Positions 14,301-24,700 of a DNA stretch of 32,000 nucleotides are shown piece by piece. The position numbers and the translations under genes were made by a program. Each line of letters opens with the position of its first letter. Position 1 is the stretch's first letter. The DNA lies in NCBI GenBank assembly GCA_963704755.1, contig OY969938.1, positions 2,430,001 to 2,462,000 of the forward strand, read 5' to 3'. The stretch is from an uncultured Chloroflexia bacterium. Lineage in GTDB: Bacteria; Chloroflexota; Anaerolineae; Anaerolineales; Anaerolineaceae. The notes below the pieces were generated by a model. It was not told the origin of the DNA and did not search any database. It saw only the letters and a program-made list of their open reading frames with translations.

Positions 14301-17300
14301 CGGTATATTCTGTCTGGGACTGGACGTTTTCATCTGTAACCTGGGGATCGAAAACTGGCAGCGGATCTTCGATTGACGCGCTGATGAAATTATCCACTGA
14401 TGCAACGACCTGCTGGCGAGCGTCATAGTAACTGCGCGAGACGGTCCCGTCCGAGCCTTGAGAGGCAATCTGGTCGCCCAGGTTATCGTATGAATAATCC
14501 GAGCGAATATTGCTGTCTTCGTCACAACTTACGCCAACCTGCAAACAATCCGGGGGCTGTGGATCGTAAATATCCCAATCGCTCAGATTCTGGATAGTTG
14601 TTGTGGCGCGGTTTAATGCGTCGAAATAAGTCCTTGTGATGGAACCGCTGCCGTCCGCCGCCCTCCACAGCTTGCTTCCAATTTGCTGCCCGGCCGCGTC
14701 GTAATAATAGTCTGTACGGATGTTGCGATCCGGAAAGGCCTGGTCAAAAACAGGCGCCGGGTCGAAGATCGAACTGCTGACGAAGTTCTGGATGGTGGTC
14801 GTGGTCCGGCCGGCTTCATCCGTATACAACCGAGATATTAGATTTCTGTCCGGAAACCCCGCTTCGACTTCTGTCTGGGTGAGCTCTCCATCCGCCGTTT
14901 CAGGCGGCTCCCAATAATTCTTAACAACTGCAATCTGGGTACCATCCGTATCGTAGTAATAACGGGTCACCAGGTTCCGGTCCGGAGCGGCAGGATCGAA
15001 AGCGGGAACTGCGGGGCTGCTGACATCCCCAACAAAATTATCGACAGTATATTCGACCTGGCCAAGGGAATTGTAAAAAGTGCGTGTGATGAAATTGTAT
15101 TGGCTCGAGAATTCCAGGACACCATCCGCGTCCGGGTCGTAATAATTACGGATGTTGGCGTACTGTTGGCCCATTTCGTCGTAAGCTGTAAAGGAAACCA
15201 CGTTATAGAGAGCGTCCCCAACTTGTAGATAATCCGGTTGTCCGGGAACGCAGGCTGTACGGATGAAGACCGGCCGGTTGAGTGCATCATAGGTCGTACA
15301 GGTGATCTGGTTGCGGTCGGGAGCATCGGGATCCACTTTAATCCAGCGATAAACGCCGTCTATCTTTACCTGAACGCTAAAACCATCTCCATCAGAATCG
15401 GTTAAATTAGGGTCGTAATTGTTTATTGTTTTAGTTACATTTCCCACATCATCATATTCATATGCTTCTAAAAGATCATAGATTTTACGCATTCGAGCTT
15501 GATCACCGTATGTGTAATGGAAATAGTTCCCATTACCCGAATATAGTTTCCTAATGATAGCAATTCTTCCTGCTTTATCATATTCGGTTCGGGTAACCTG
15601 GTTATATTCAGGAAAATCAAAGTTTACTTCAACCCGCCCTGTATTGATTTCGAATTCATCGAAAAAGATTTGATAAAAGGTAGAACCATAATAACCAGGA
15701 AGATCACCATCATAATAGTTGTTAATTTGAACCACAACTCGTCCTGCCGGATCATAATAGTATCGTGTCGAAAAATTATAGAGGTTTAAATAATACTGGG
15801 AATGACCAGGCCAATAATTCGTGATGGACTCGGTAGGCCGGCCATTTGAATCATATGTGTTATGGGTAATAATATTGTATTCGGGTTTATCCGGATCGAT
15901 TTCTAGCCGATATTCTGGGATGCCATCATGATCAAAATCCAACGTCAAGATCGGTTCGACCTGCTCATCCCCTGTTAAATCCCCATCGAACGCATTGGTA
16001 ACCGTATCGATGGACTTCCCTTCTGAATCATACGTGTAGAGAGTGGTGAAATTCCATAAGCCGTCCTCGTAAGGGCCTTTTGATTCTTCATAATTTCTGA
16101 TTACAGCATCGGCGTTATTATCCACATCGTAATACTCGTAGCGAGTGACGTACCCATTCGCATCCGTTGTAGCGGTCACTCGCCCCAGGACGTCATATTC
16201 CGTCTGGGTTTCGATGTCTTCATTAGAATCTCCGGTTTCCGGGTCCATGTCCACACAGTTGGTATAAACGTGGGTCTGCTGGCCATATTCATCGTATGAA
16301 TAGCAAGTATCAGAACCCGGTGCCTCTATTTTACGAAGCAGGTTGGGCGGTTCAGGCGCATCGGAAGCGGTTGTATACGTGTACCTTGTGACCAGGTTGG
16401 CGTCTGGATCAATGGATCCTTCCACAAAATTGGTGATTTCCATCAATACCAGGTCTTCGTCCCAATCCGGGTTATAGATTGCAGCTTCTGTCAGCGGATC
16501 TAGAACTCCTGGCGTATTATAGACAACCTTGGTAACGGTTTCGTCAGGGTTGGTTACTTCCGTCAGATGATTGCTGCCATCATAATCCAAGCTGGTGGTA
16601 TGATCCAGCGCATCCGTCAATGATGTCAGGTTTGCCCCGTCTTCACTCCATTCCATCTGAGTTGTGTTATTCGCAGCATCAGTTAAAGTATTTAATTTGA
16701 AATTGGAATCGAGAGTTTGCGTACTTGCATTCCCAAAATTGTCTGTTGACCCCGAAAATGTATTCTGATTAATATTGTAACCCTGGGTCGAAATATAGCC
16801 CAATTGATCGATCAGAGTCGCGGTTAGGTCAGCATTGTATGTAATCGAGGTAGCTGCCGCTAATTCGCCATTTGCTTGAAGGCAATGTACCTGATTATAC
16901 AAATGGTTAAAACCAGTCACTGGGGGGTAGGCATCCCCTTCCTGCTGGCAAACAACCCGTCCAGAATCATCGAATATATTGCGCACCTCTGTCCTTAGGC
17001 TGGCCGGATTTGCTGCTTCTTCCAATTGTACGGTGGTTATGCGGTGATCAGAATCGTAGGTATAATGATAAATATTTCCAAGGATATCTGTATATGTGAC
17101 AAGATCCTGGCTTGAATCGTACGAATAGGAAAGACTCCTCCCGGTGTAATCCTCCACTGTAGTCAATAAACCATCCGTATAGAAGAACTCCAGGTATCGG
17201 TCTCCGGTAGGGTCGGAAATCCTGGACAATTCACCATTATCATATAAATAAGTGAATGCCTGCCCTGTAGACGATTCCCAGCGTGTTATTTTCCCGTTTT

Positions 17301-18543
17301 CGTCAAAAGTATATTCGGTCTGCCCCGAATCGCTCAATGTATACTCATCAGTTAACGAATCATAACTCAGGGAAGCCGTCACACCCGCATAGGGGGTATA
17401 GGTCCCATCCGGGTTGGCCGTGAAGAGATATTGGTTTGCCGACTGCGCCTTGAGGCGGATGTCACCATTTTCTTGAATATCGAGGTAAATGTCCTGGTTA
17501 TGCGTCCATCCGTACCCCAATACCGTATCCGTTCCAGGAACATAGAGATTCAAATCCCCGGAGCCAGAGGAATAGGAGCGTTGGAAAACCAATTGACCAG
17601 CAGAAGTTGGGATGGATATATCTTCAACGCTATAGTCGAAACTTCCCGTTCTCGTGTTGACTGGATCAGCCACGTTTCCAGTTGCACCGGTGCATTTTCC
17701 CAGCGGACATTCGCGTGAGTCTCCAGTACCGTTTTTTGTCGAACCGCTGGAGAGCATATGGTAGTACAACAAAGTAGGATGATATTTCGATGGCGTATTC
17801 GAAAGAAATGAGAACCAGGCTATCCGATAGGCGTTTCCGACATTAGTTTGCTGAGTAATCGAATACCGAAGATACCGGATATTTGCCGGCGAGGCCGACA
17901 AATCATAATCGTAGTTGCCACATCGTTCGTTTTGCCAGGAGGTCGTCCCCTCATCAAAAGTATTCCAATTTACTTCATCTTCGGAATATTCTAGTTTCCA
18001 GATTCCATGATGCAAATCCCAAGAGGTAAATTTCTTGATTTCAAAAACCTCCCCAAGATCGAAAATTACCCAGGCATCTCCACCGCTGTCTGGCGCCATG
18101 ACATTTGTATAATTTCCAGATCCGAAATTACAATCTCCTTCAGGCGAAAGAGCTCTTCCCTCGTCATAGGTTCTAAACAAGTCAGCAACCGAAAAATACC
18201 CACTATCACTTGTGTAGCAATACCCAAATCCTTCCGGGCAATATACATCGGAATACAAGATCACGTTCTGTTTCGCGGGTTTGACATATGCAGGGGGAAG
18301 GGCATTCCTCACATCGATCAATAACGGACTTTTCGAAGAATTTTCCGGCATAGTCGTTAAATATTCACTTATTTGGGCATTGTCTTGAGATAATATTTGG
18401 TTAGCCGAACTTTCACTTGTTTCGCTCTTTGCCTGAGCTTTCGTTGGAAATACAAAGGCAGAAATAACCAGGCTGATAGCCACGATCATATTGATGAGCT
18501 TATAAACTACGCGACCTACGTGAGAATGGAAGAAACTGTGCAT
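11353..18543 (-). CDS. Rhs/YD-repeat polymorphic toxin, Sec-signal type, with an unassigned C-terminal toxin tip
   Basis: 2396 aa, preceded by AGGAGGG plus a 4-nt spacer. Reading the product from the N-terminus:
- Signal peptide: ..LVISAFVFPTKAQA/KS.
- Discoidin/F5-8-C-like region: ..DAWVIFDLGEVFEIKKF..
- RHS entry motif: DPVNTRTGSFDYSVEDISIP..LVFQRSYSS.
- Dozens of YD repeats (xYxYDxxGRL/NR).
- FN3 insert at nt 12890-13140.
- Core end: YSNPIIYTDPSG (DPSG at nt 12067-12078).
- A 237-aa tip follows the core end. Confidence 0.9.
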   Translation of the reverse strand: MHSFFHSHVGRVVYKLINMIVAISLVISAFVFPTKAQAKSETSESSANQILSQDNAQISEYLTTMPENSSKSPLLIDVRNALPPAYVKPAKQNVILYSDVYCPEGFGYCYTSDSGYFSVADLFRTYDEGRALSPEGDCNFGSGNYTNVMAPDSGGDAWVIFDLGEVFEIKKFTSWDLHHGIWKLEYSEDEVNWNTFDEGTTSWQNERCGNYDYDLSASPANIRYLRYSITQQTNVGNAYRIAWFSFLSNTPSKYHPTLLYYHMLSSGSTKNGTGDSRECPLGKCTGATGNVADPVNTRTGSFDYSVEDISIPTSAGQLVFQRSYSSGSGDLNLYVPGTDTVLGYGWTHNQDIYLDIQENGDIRLKAQSANQYLFTANPDGTYTPYAGVTASLSYDSLTDEYTLSDSGQTEYTFDENGKITRWESSTGQAFTYLYDNGELSRISDPTGDRYLEFFYTDGLLTTVEDYTGRSLSYSYDSSQDLVTYTDILGNIYHYTYDSDHRITTVQLEEAANPASLRTEVRNIFDDSGRVVCQQEGDAYPPVTGFNHLYNQVHCLQANGELAAATSITYNADLTATLIDQLGYISTQGYNINQNTFSGSTDNFGNASTQTLDSNFKLNTLTDAANNTTQMEWSEDGANLTSLTDALDHTTSLDYDGSNHLTEVTNPDETVTKVVYNTPGVLDPLTEAAIYNPDWDEDLVLMEITNFVEGSIDPDANLVTRYTYTTASDAPEPPNLLRKIEAPGSDTCYSYDEYGQQTHVYTNCVDMDPETGDSNEDIETQTEYDVLGRVTATTDANGYVTRYEYYDVDNNADAVIRNYEESKGPYEDGLWNFTTLYTYDSEGKSIDTVTNAFDGDLTGDEQVEPILTLDFDHDGIPEYRLEIDPDKPEYNIITHNTYDSNGRPTESITNYWPGHSQYYLNLYNFSTRYYYDPAGRVVVQINNYYDGDLPGYYGSTFYQIFFDEFEINTGRVEVNFDFPEYNQVTRTEYDKAGRIAIIRKLYSGNGNYFHYTYGDQARMRKIYDLLEAYEYDDVGNVTKTINNYDPNLTDSDGDGFSVQVKIDGVYRWIKVDPDAPDRNQITCTTYDALNRPVFIRTACVPGQPDYLQVGDALYNVVSFTAYDEMGQQYANIRNYYDPDADGVLEFSSQYNFITRTFYNSLGQVEYTVDNFVGDVSSPAVPAFDPAAPDRNLVTRYYYDTDGTQIAVVKNYWEPPETADGELTQTEVEAGFPDRNLISRLYTDEAGRTTTTIQNFVSSSIFDPAPVFDQAFPDRNIRTDYYYDAAGQQIGSKLWRAADGSGSITRTYFDALNRATTTIQNLSDWDIYDPQPPDCLQVGVSCDEDSNIRSDYSYDNLGDQIASQGSDGTVSRSYYDARQQVVASVDNFISASIEDPLPVFDPQVTDENVQSQTEYTAAGTVMKTIDPNGGEVYFCYDASGREVKHIENPTVGNPCLDYTANAATDRDQVTLTGYDPSGNRISVVDSNGFETKYTYDNLNRLVKQTDPMQHVTRNVYDAAGNQIGLVDAKGIVTKYEYDATGRLTAVIENYQEGMATDQETNVRTEYEYDAAGNREAINDGLGHQTLFSYDAMGRVENEEDALSHQITYTYDAAGNQASLTDANGVTTHYYYDDLDRQTLIDYPAPDADVAFTYYLSGTRHTMTDGVGITTWTYDALGRPETIQDPYQQTTGYAYDAVGNRTRLIYPDDKTVSYVYDQSGRLAGVTGWDGQHTTYTWDRGGRAATTTLPNSVVATSHYDSAGRLTSLGYTRLGKSLSSFVYTVDEVGNRTAVVESHLPSSSIPLPQALTAVEEGFLAIRLSWPDSSIIEDGYTLERSTDGEHWLPVAELGANVLEYVDYGLARLTPYWYRLTAHNSSGGSEVQTVETGTGSDAVTYTDPERVETSITYGYDALYRLTDAVNNDGTNFHYTYDSVGNRLSETTAAGTTSYSYDAANRLANVNETEYQWDDNGNLLNDGTYIYTYDHANRLITINNQGSVISSYSYNGQGDRLTSTTSGILKTYTLDLNAGLTQVLADGAQTYLYGNGRLEQESAASIEYFIGDALGSVRQLVDESGEVRLNRSYEPYGEVLASDGEAETDYAFTGENYDPQTGLVYLRARYYASGDGKFISRDTWVGNFRRPVSYNKWNYSYSNPIIYTDPSGQDPITDCGALFLLAATVDGPLPIGDAVGVGICAVIFGTAAYTAIMASQHAGDLARSVDVLGDRCTLTWEDLLGLPEPVPEPSPEPVPTIDPFPPKIPTETPEPSTIVIIYRGLDGDINSERSYFKKPITSPSQFRVDVDGVSTFELADLPGNKPYALGLKVKVKTPIVPGSNGPVVDIPICTGTFTPELGGGLKHWSVICSGTPTNIALSEYAKGIGKTNIILNPQWVGEPYERRLP
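12221..12456. repeat. Repeat copy B (inside main rhs core-end region), paired with 10148-10383
   Basis: Same alignment as copy A. Homology to the orphan stops at 12456; the main gene continues with YD repeats while the orphan continues with AT-rich spacer. Confidence 0.85.
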
Positions 18544-18630
18544 GCATCCCTCCTGCTATAATCGCTTTTTTGAATTAATCATCGAGACCGAGTTTTCATT
18601 TTTACGCCGGTGGCTATTAACATATACCTA

Positions 18631-18789
18631 TTTCTGTAGAGCGCCGTAATACAGGATAAGACGTCCTTCATCGATTTCACCACCATCTTTTTGGGGGGCA
18701 CCGATCAAGACATCATCTATTTCGTCCCCGTTTACATCTCCTGCAATCCAGGTCGAGTAACCAAAATTCGAATAAGTTTGGTTGCCAAC
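18631..18789 (-). other. In-frame 53-codon continuation of the giant ORF past its TAA; encodes a seventh FG-GAP blade
   Basis: Checked codon by codon. After the TAA (18790-18792) the same frame reads VGNQTYSNFGYSTWIAGDVNGDEIDDVLIGAPQKDGGEIDEGRLILYYGALQK, then TAG at 18628-18630. This matches the preceding six blades (FGxSxxxAGDxNGDGxxDxxxGAP....G..Y.Y.G). Confidence 0.8.
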
Positions 18790-21700
18790 TTAAGTCCAGC
18801 AATTGGCTCCACTGAACCCGGAATCGCCCCCGAAATAAATGTAAATTTTGCCCTCACGGCCCCCCTCGCTGGTTAATCCGTTCGCACCAATGAGGATGTC
18901 AATGTATCCATCCCCATTAAAATCACCCAAAGCACTAATCGATCTTCCAAATTGATCCCCTGCTTGATCACCATATTCGACCCATAAAGGTTGGGGCGCT
19001 AATCCTTCCATGGAACCTTGAAAGACGGACAACTCACCACTATCCACATAAGACCCATCGAAATCAGGGGCACCAACCAGAATATCGCCAATTCCATCCT
19101 TGTTCAGGTCTCCTGCAAGGCTTACAACCTCTCCTAAATGAGCATAGGCTTGGTTTCCACTGACCGACCAATCGGCTGTCTCAGACAAACCATTAGCCGA
19201 GCCATAATAAACGTATGCCGTACCTTCCTGATCATACGTTCCAGTGGAATTAGGGGCTCCAATGATTAAATCGCCAAAACCATCCAGATTTACATCCCCG
19301 GCGCTGCTAACCGATAGGCCAAACAAGCTATTATGCTCTTGGCCAAAACCAATCCATGCAGGAGTGGGGTTTAACCCACTGCTTCCTCCCAAATAAACGT
19401 AAACCGCCCCCAGGTTGGAGTTTCCATCCAATAGGTTCGGTGCGCTGATATAGACGTCATCATATTGATCGCCGTTAATATCTCCCGCCGAGCCGGCTGT
19501 ATATCCGAACGCTGCATAATCCTGGTTCCCCTCTAAAGTCAAACTGGGGGTGCTACTCAATCCATTTTCTGACCCGTAATAGATATAAACGCAGCCTTCA
19601 TCTATCTCCGCGCGACTACACCCCAAAGAACTTACGACCACATCATCAAAACCATCCTGGTTGACATCGCCGGCGCCGCTCACCGACCAGCCAAAACGCG
19701 CTTGAGCAACTCCGCCCTCGAGTGTCAAGCCAGGATTCGTGTCCAGACCTGTTTGAGAGCCATAATATGCAAAAATGGCCCCTTCGTTGGCCTGACCGTT
19801 GGCATAATAAGGTGACCCAACTACCACGTCGTCATACCCATCACCATTGATGTCCCCTACGATGCTGGCTGACCAGCCATAGTACCCTGCTATTTGCTGA
19901 CTCTCTGTACTCCAGGCTAATTGAAGTGCCTGTGTGGTTGGCAAAGACAAGCCAGCCACTGTTATTTGAATCGTTTTTTCCTCGATGACCGATGAGCCAA
20001 CTGTGAAAGTGATGTCACCCTCCGAATCGCTGACGCCAAGTTCTGTCCACGCTCCGGGTTCCACTTCCAACTCATTGACCAGGTTTTCGGTTCCGCTTAC
20101 CTGAACGGAAACCGGTAAGCCCGCGAGAGGGACTCCAAAACCATTTCTTAATCGGATATTAACCGGTAATGAGGTCGCATTGTCAGAATATATTCTGGCA
20201 GTCCCATACTCAACCGTTGAGTCTTCCAAATCTACACCAGGGAAAGATAGGAGGTTATGCGGGACCACTTCTCTAGCCAGTTCGGGGGCAGACCAATCTA
20301 ACCGTACAGATGCATCCCCTACATCATCAAAATACTCTAGCCTGATATCAACGGTGGTTCCGCTTTGGAGTTCAATTTGTCCCTGATCGTTTTTCAACCC
20401 ATTCGAGACCCAATCGTCAATGACAAGTTGGTCATTTATATATAGTCGAACTCCGCCATCAACTTCGGTGTAAAACGTATATAACCCATCTACCGGAACG
20501 CTTACCTGACCACTCCATCGGATAGAGAAATTATCAACCGGCAAACTCTCGAAAGGTGCGTCCACTCCCCAATCGTGGTCGACAATTTCGCCAAATTGGT
20601 CAGCAACCGGATTTCCTTCCAATGATGGATTGTTGAAATACTCACCCAGCAAGCCCGTAATATCTGCAGATGACAAAAATTCGATAAGTTTGTGATCATA
20701 GAGCACGTTATTCTGCACGCGTACTGAATATCGCTTTACGCCGCTTGCCGTACATAAAAATTGAGCATTTATTCGTCCGTCACGACCGGTTTCTCCCAGA
20801 TATATCCAATTACCGGGATCCACAGGGGTTTGTGCAATGCTGCATCCCTCGTTATAAACTTGAAGGAATGCAGGCAGGCCAGCGATCACCAGACCTTCGG
20901 TTGTGGTTATTTGTATTGCTATTTCTGCATTATTTCCCGCTATAGGATAGGATGGTGATACATCGGGTTCGGTACTATTCAGGCTGATCCCATCTGAATT
21001 CATGCTATCAAGAGGAATTATTTCTTGGGTCTGTGAGGCGGAGCTCCATTCGAGCCGGATAACCGCGTCGCCAGTTGTTTCATAATATTCAAGGACAACC
21101 TTTGCTTGATGTCCGGCACTCATTTGGACATTTCCGCTATCCCAGTTCGCGGTATGAGGATTCCAATTATCGATGAGCAAATCATCATCCACCCAAAGCC
21201 GTACACCTTCGTCGGAATATGTGTAAAAAGTGTACGTTTCGTCGTATTCTGGATTAATATAACCTTCCCAACGCACTGAAAAATTATCCGTAATCGGCTC
21301 CAAAAACGGCCCACCAGAACCCCAATCATAGTCTATTACTTGACCATATTGTACAAATGCGGCCGGCGCCAGGAGTTGCGAGTTCGGAAAGAAAGTCCCC
21401 TTTAACCCGCTAATATCATCGTTGGTTGTAAAAGTGATACCTAAAAGGTAGCGATCAATATAGTCTCCGGTTTCAACTGAAATCAATTTGTAATCCGCCA
21501 CGGATGAAGCCAAAGTGGTCTGCACGACACCTTCTGAATCAGTTTGTCCAACATAGGTCCAATCGCTACTTTCAACAGATATTCCGGAAACTTTACTGCC
21601 ATCGCCAGTAACTTTCAAATAAACGGATTCATTTTGGACGGCAGCTCCATCTTCATCCACAACCCGTATCCCAATTTCACTTTCGGCTCTCCCATTTGCC

Positions 21701-24700
21701 GGCAGAGAACGTGGGCTTGCTGAAATTTCAAACCTTCCATTCGGGTCATCCGGAATTGAGCGCAGATTTTCCAAGGGAATGATCTCCCTGGCAATTTGCG
21801 ATGACTCCCATTCCAACTTCGCGGACGCGCCACCTCCATCCTCATAATACTCAATGACAATTTCGTAATATTGCCCTTCCTCAAAATCGTATTGAATTGA
21901 ATCTTCTGTAGGCCCTCTTCCATACCAGCTATTAATCATTAGCTCACCATTTACCCAGAGGCGTGCTCCATCATCGGTTGTCAGGTAAAGGGTATACATT
22001 CCATCCAAACTTGGCCAGATGTATCCGCTCCAGCGGATCGAAAATTGGTCAGAAGGTATCCCATTGATGGGATTTCCCTCCATCCAGTCATAATCAATTA
22101 TTTCTCCATATCTGGTCTGTGCAGCCGGCGGATCTAAATTAGGATTAGTAAAATATTCTGCCTGAAGCCCACTTGTTAATCCCGGGATAAGAAACTCAAG
22201 TTCTGTTTCATTCGGGAAATAAGCATCCTGGACTTTAACCCTCATCAATTTTACGCCGGCTTCAACCGAAGAGACTTGAGTTGTTACTGCACCTGTCTCA
22301 TCTGTCAACCCCAAATAAACAAAACTTTGTGGGGCCAATTCGTTATCATCAATGAAATTCCCATATCCACTTAAAGAGACATAAACGGGGAGGCCGGATA
22401 ATGGCTGGCTATTTGAATCTGCAACATTGACTGTAACAGTTATAGCCTCAATCCCATCAGCCGGAGCATATCCTGGGTCTAGTTGAACAGTAGTCCCTGA
22501 AATATCCATGCTCCCATAGCTCAGATTTTCTTGAGGAATTACTTCCCGAGGAGTCCTTTCAGAGTCCCACTCAAAGTGCATGTCTGCACCACCTCCCTGC
22601 TGGAAGTACTCCAAAACCAGATCATATTTATTGCCAGCTTCCAGGTATATTTCTCCAGAATCCCATTCCGGCCCATGAACAGTCCAATTATCAATTAATA
22701 GTTCACCATCTACCCACAGCCTTACGCCATCATCAGTCAATGTATAAAAAGTATAAAGTTCGCTATAATCTGGAGTAACTTGTCCTGTCCATCGAATAGA
22801 ATAATTGTCTGGGCCGATGCCTTCAGGGAGATTACTTTCTCCAAAAACGAAATCGACTACTGGATCGATTCTTGTAAATGAAATAGGCGGTTCAAGGGAA
22901 GTGTTCAGATAATAGTCTGCTCGTAAACCATTCATAGAAGGAGGAAACTCAACAAAAAATTCACCCACGATAGGTAAAAGTGATTCTCCTATTTTTACTT
23001 CAACACGCTTTTCCTCACTGGTCGTCGATTTAACACTGGTTGATACCAAACCATCATCATCGCTGGTTCCAATCAACACCCACTGGCCATTCTCGATCTG
23101 TTCATCTCCTACCCAATTAGAGCTTCCGCTTACATTAATTGAAACAGGCAGCCCCGATATCGAAACATCTTCGGAATTTGCAATCCGCACATTCAAATCC
23201 AGCTCCGATTCACCGTCTGCAAAAATCGGTCCTTTTCCAAATTCAATTGTTGATCCGCCAAAATCCGGATCAGAAGTTGAGGCGTTTTCTAAAGGAACGA
23301 TCTCAAAGGGTAAAGAAGAAGAACTCCAGGCCAAATAAGCATAAGCGTCTCCTGTTTCATCAAAGATTTCCAGGGTAACATCGACTTTCTCCCCCGATGA
23401 TAGAGCAATCTCACCTTTGTTTTCTGTTCCGTATGGGGGACTCCAATTATCAATGATCAATTGGTTATCTACCCATAACCGGATCCCCTCGTCAGCCCCG
23501 GCATAAAATGTATAAGTTTCATCGTATTCTGCTTCGATCTGCCCACTCCACCGCGCAGAAAAATGATCTTCCGGCACGCCTGGTTCAGGCGCGGAGGTTC
23601 CCCAATCGTAATCGATAACTTCCCCATACTTTTTTAGAATCGCCGGCCCTTCTAAAGAGGTGTCGTCGAAATATTCAGCCAGAAACCCTTGAATTTCAAC
23701 TACTTGAATATAAGTGACCTGGGTTGTTGTCCCTAATTCAATATTCTCAACTCTAGCTCGTACTTCTACTTGCTCGATTTCACTCGATTGCAGAACTGCA
23801 TTCACAGTTCCATCGTATCCACTTGTGCCAACATAAATCCAGTCACCCCAATAAACTGGGATCCCGTTTAATGTACAATCATCCCCGTTGACTTGAAAGA
23901 ACACATCTTCTCCAGCCACTGGTACATTGTTTGAGTTTAGCAAATTTACAGTAATTACAGAATCATGGTCAATGCTTACTTGTGCCGGCTCAGATGATAT
24001 AGTCGAAGAGGCGAGATCTATTTGTGGGTATCCCAGGTTATCGACAGGGATGATTTGGCGTTCGGTAGATGGAGAACTCCACTCCATTTGGATAACAGCA
24101 TCTCCATCAACTTCGTAGTACTCAAGGACAATATCAACATTTACCCCGGCTTCAAGATCGATTTGAGCGCTATCCCATTCGGCCGTATGTGCATCCCAAT
24201 TATCAATTAACAATTCGCCATCGACCCATAATCGAACACCCTCATTTGAATTAGTGAAGAACGTGTACGTTTCGCTATAATCTGGGTCGATGTTACCCTC
24301 CCAGCGTACAGAAAAATTGTCAGTCATTGATTTAGGGATTGGCCCACCCGGTTCCCAGTCAAAATCAATTACTTGCCCATATTGGACAAACGAGGCCGGT
24401 CCCTGTAATAGCGGATTTGAAAAGTATGTACCTTTTAATCCAGCCAATTCGTTATTCTCGTCAAACGAAATGCCCAAAATGTACTCGTCCAACCACACAA
24501 TCGTTTTAAGAGAAATCAATTTATGATCCATTGCTGTGGAAGCCAATGAGGCATAAACATTACCCTCTGAATCCGTCAGGCCTAAAGACACCCATTCACC
24601 ATTACCTACAGGTGTTCCATTAATCCGGCTTCCAGATCCAGTGACTTTTATAAATACTTCTTCGTTTTGGACATCTGATCCATCTGGATTTAATACGTGT

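Noticed and set aside
13486-14376. 296-aa + strand ORF, with other + strand ORFs at 12598-13095, 13165-13443 and 17431-17718, inside the rhs gene
   Set aside because: These are antisense to a continuous 2396-codon ORF with clear YD-repeat periodicity. Their products are low-complexity (V/G/R/I-rich), typical of reverse-frame artefacts in repeat genes.
18790-18792. Idea that TAA is reassigned to a sense codon in this organism, prompted by the two in-frame continuations after TAA at 18790 and 9958
   Set aside because: TAA terminates several well-defined genes here at sensible positions, for example IID at 2629, IIB at 4287, IIA at 4771, the regulator at 5972 and the YdjC-like gene at 834. Most of these are followed directly by the next gene's RBS and start. 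Global reassignment is therefore not supported.
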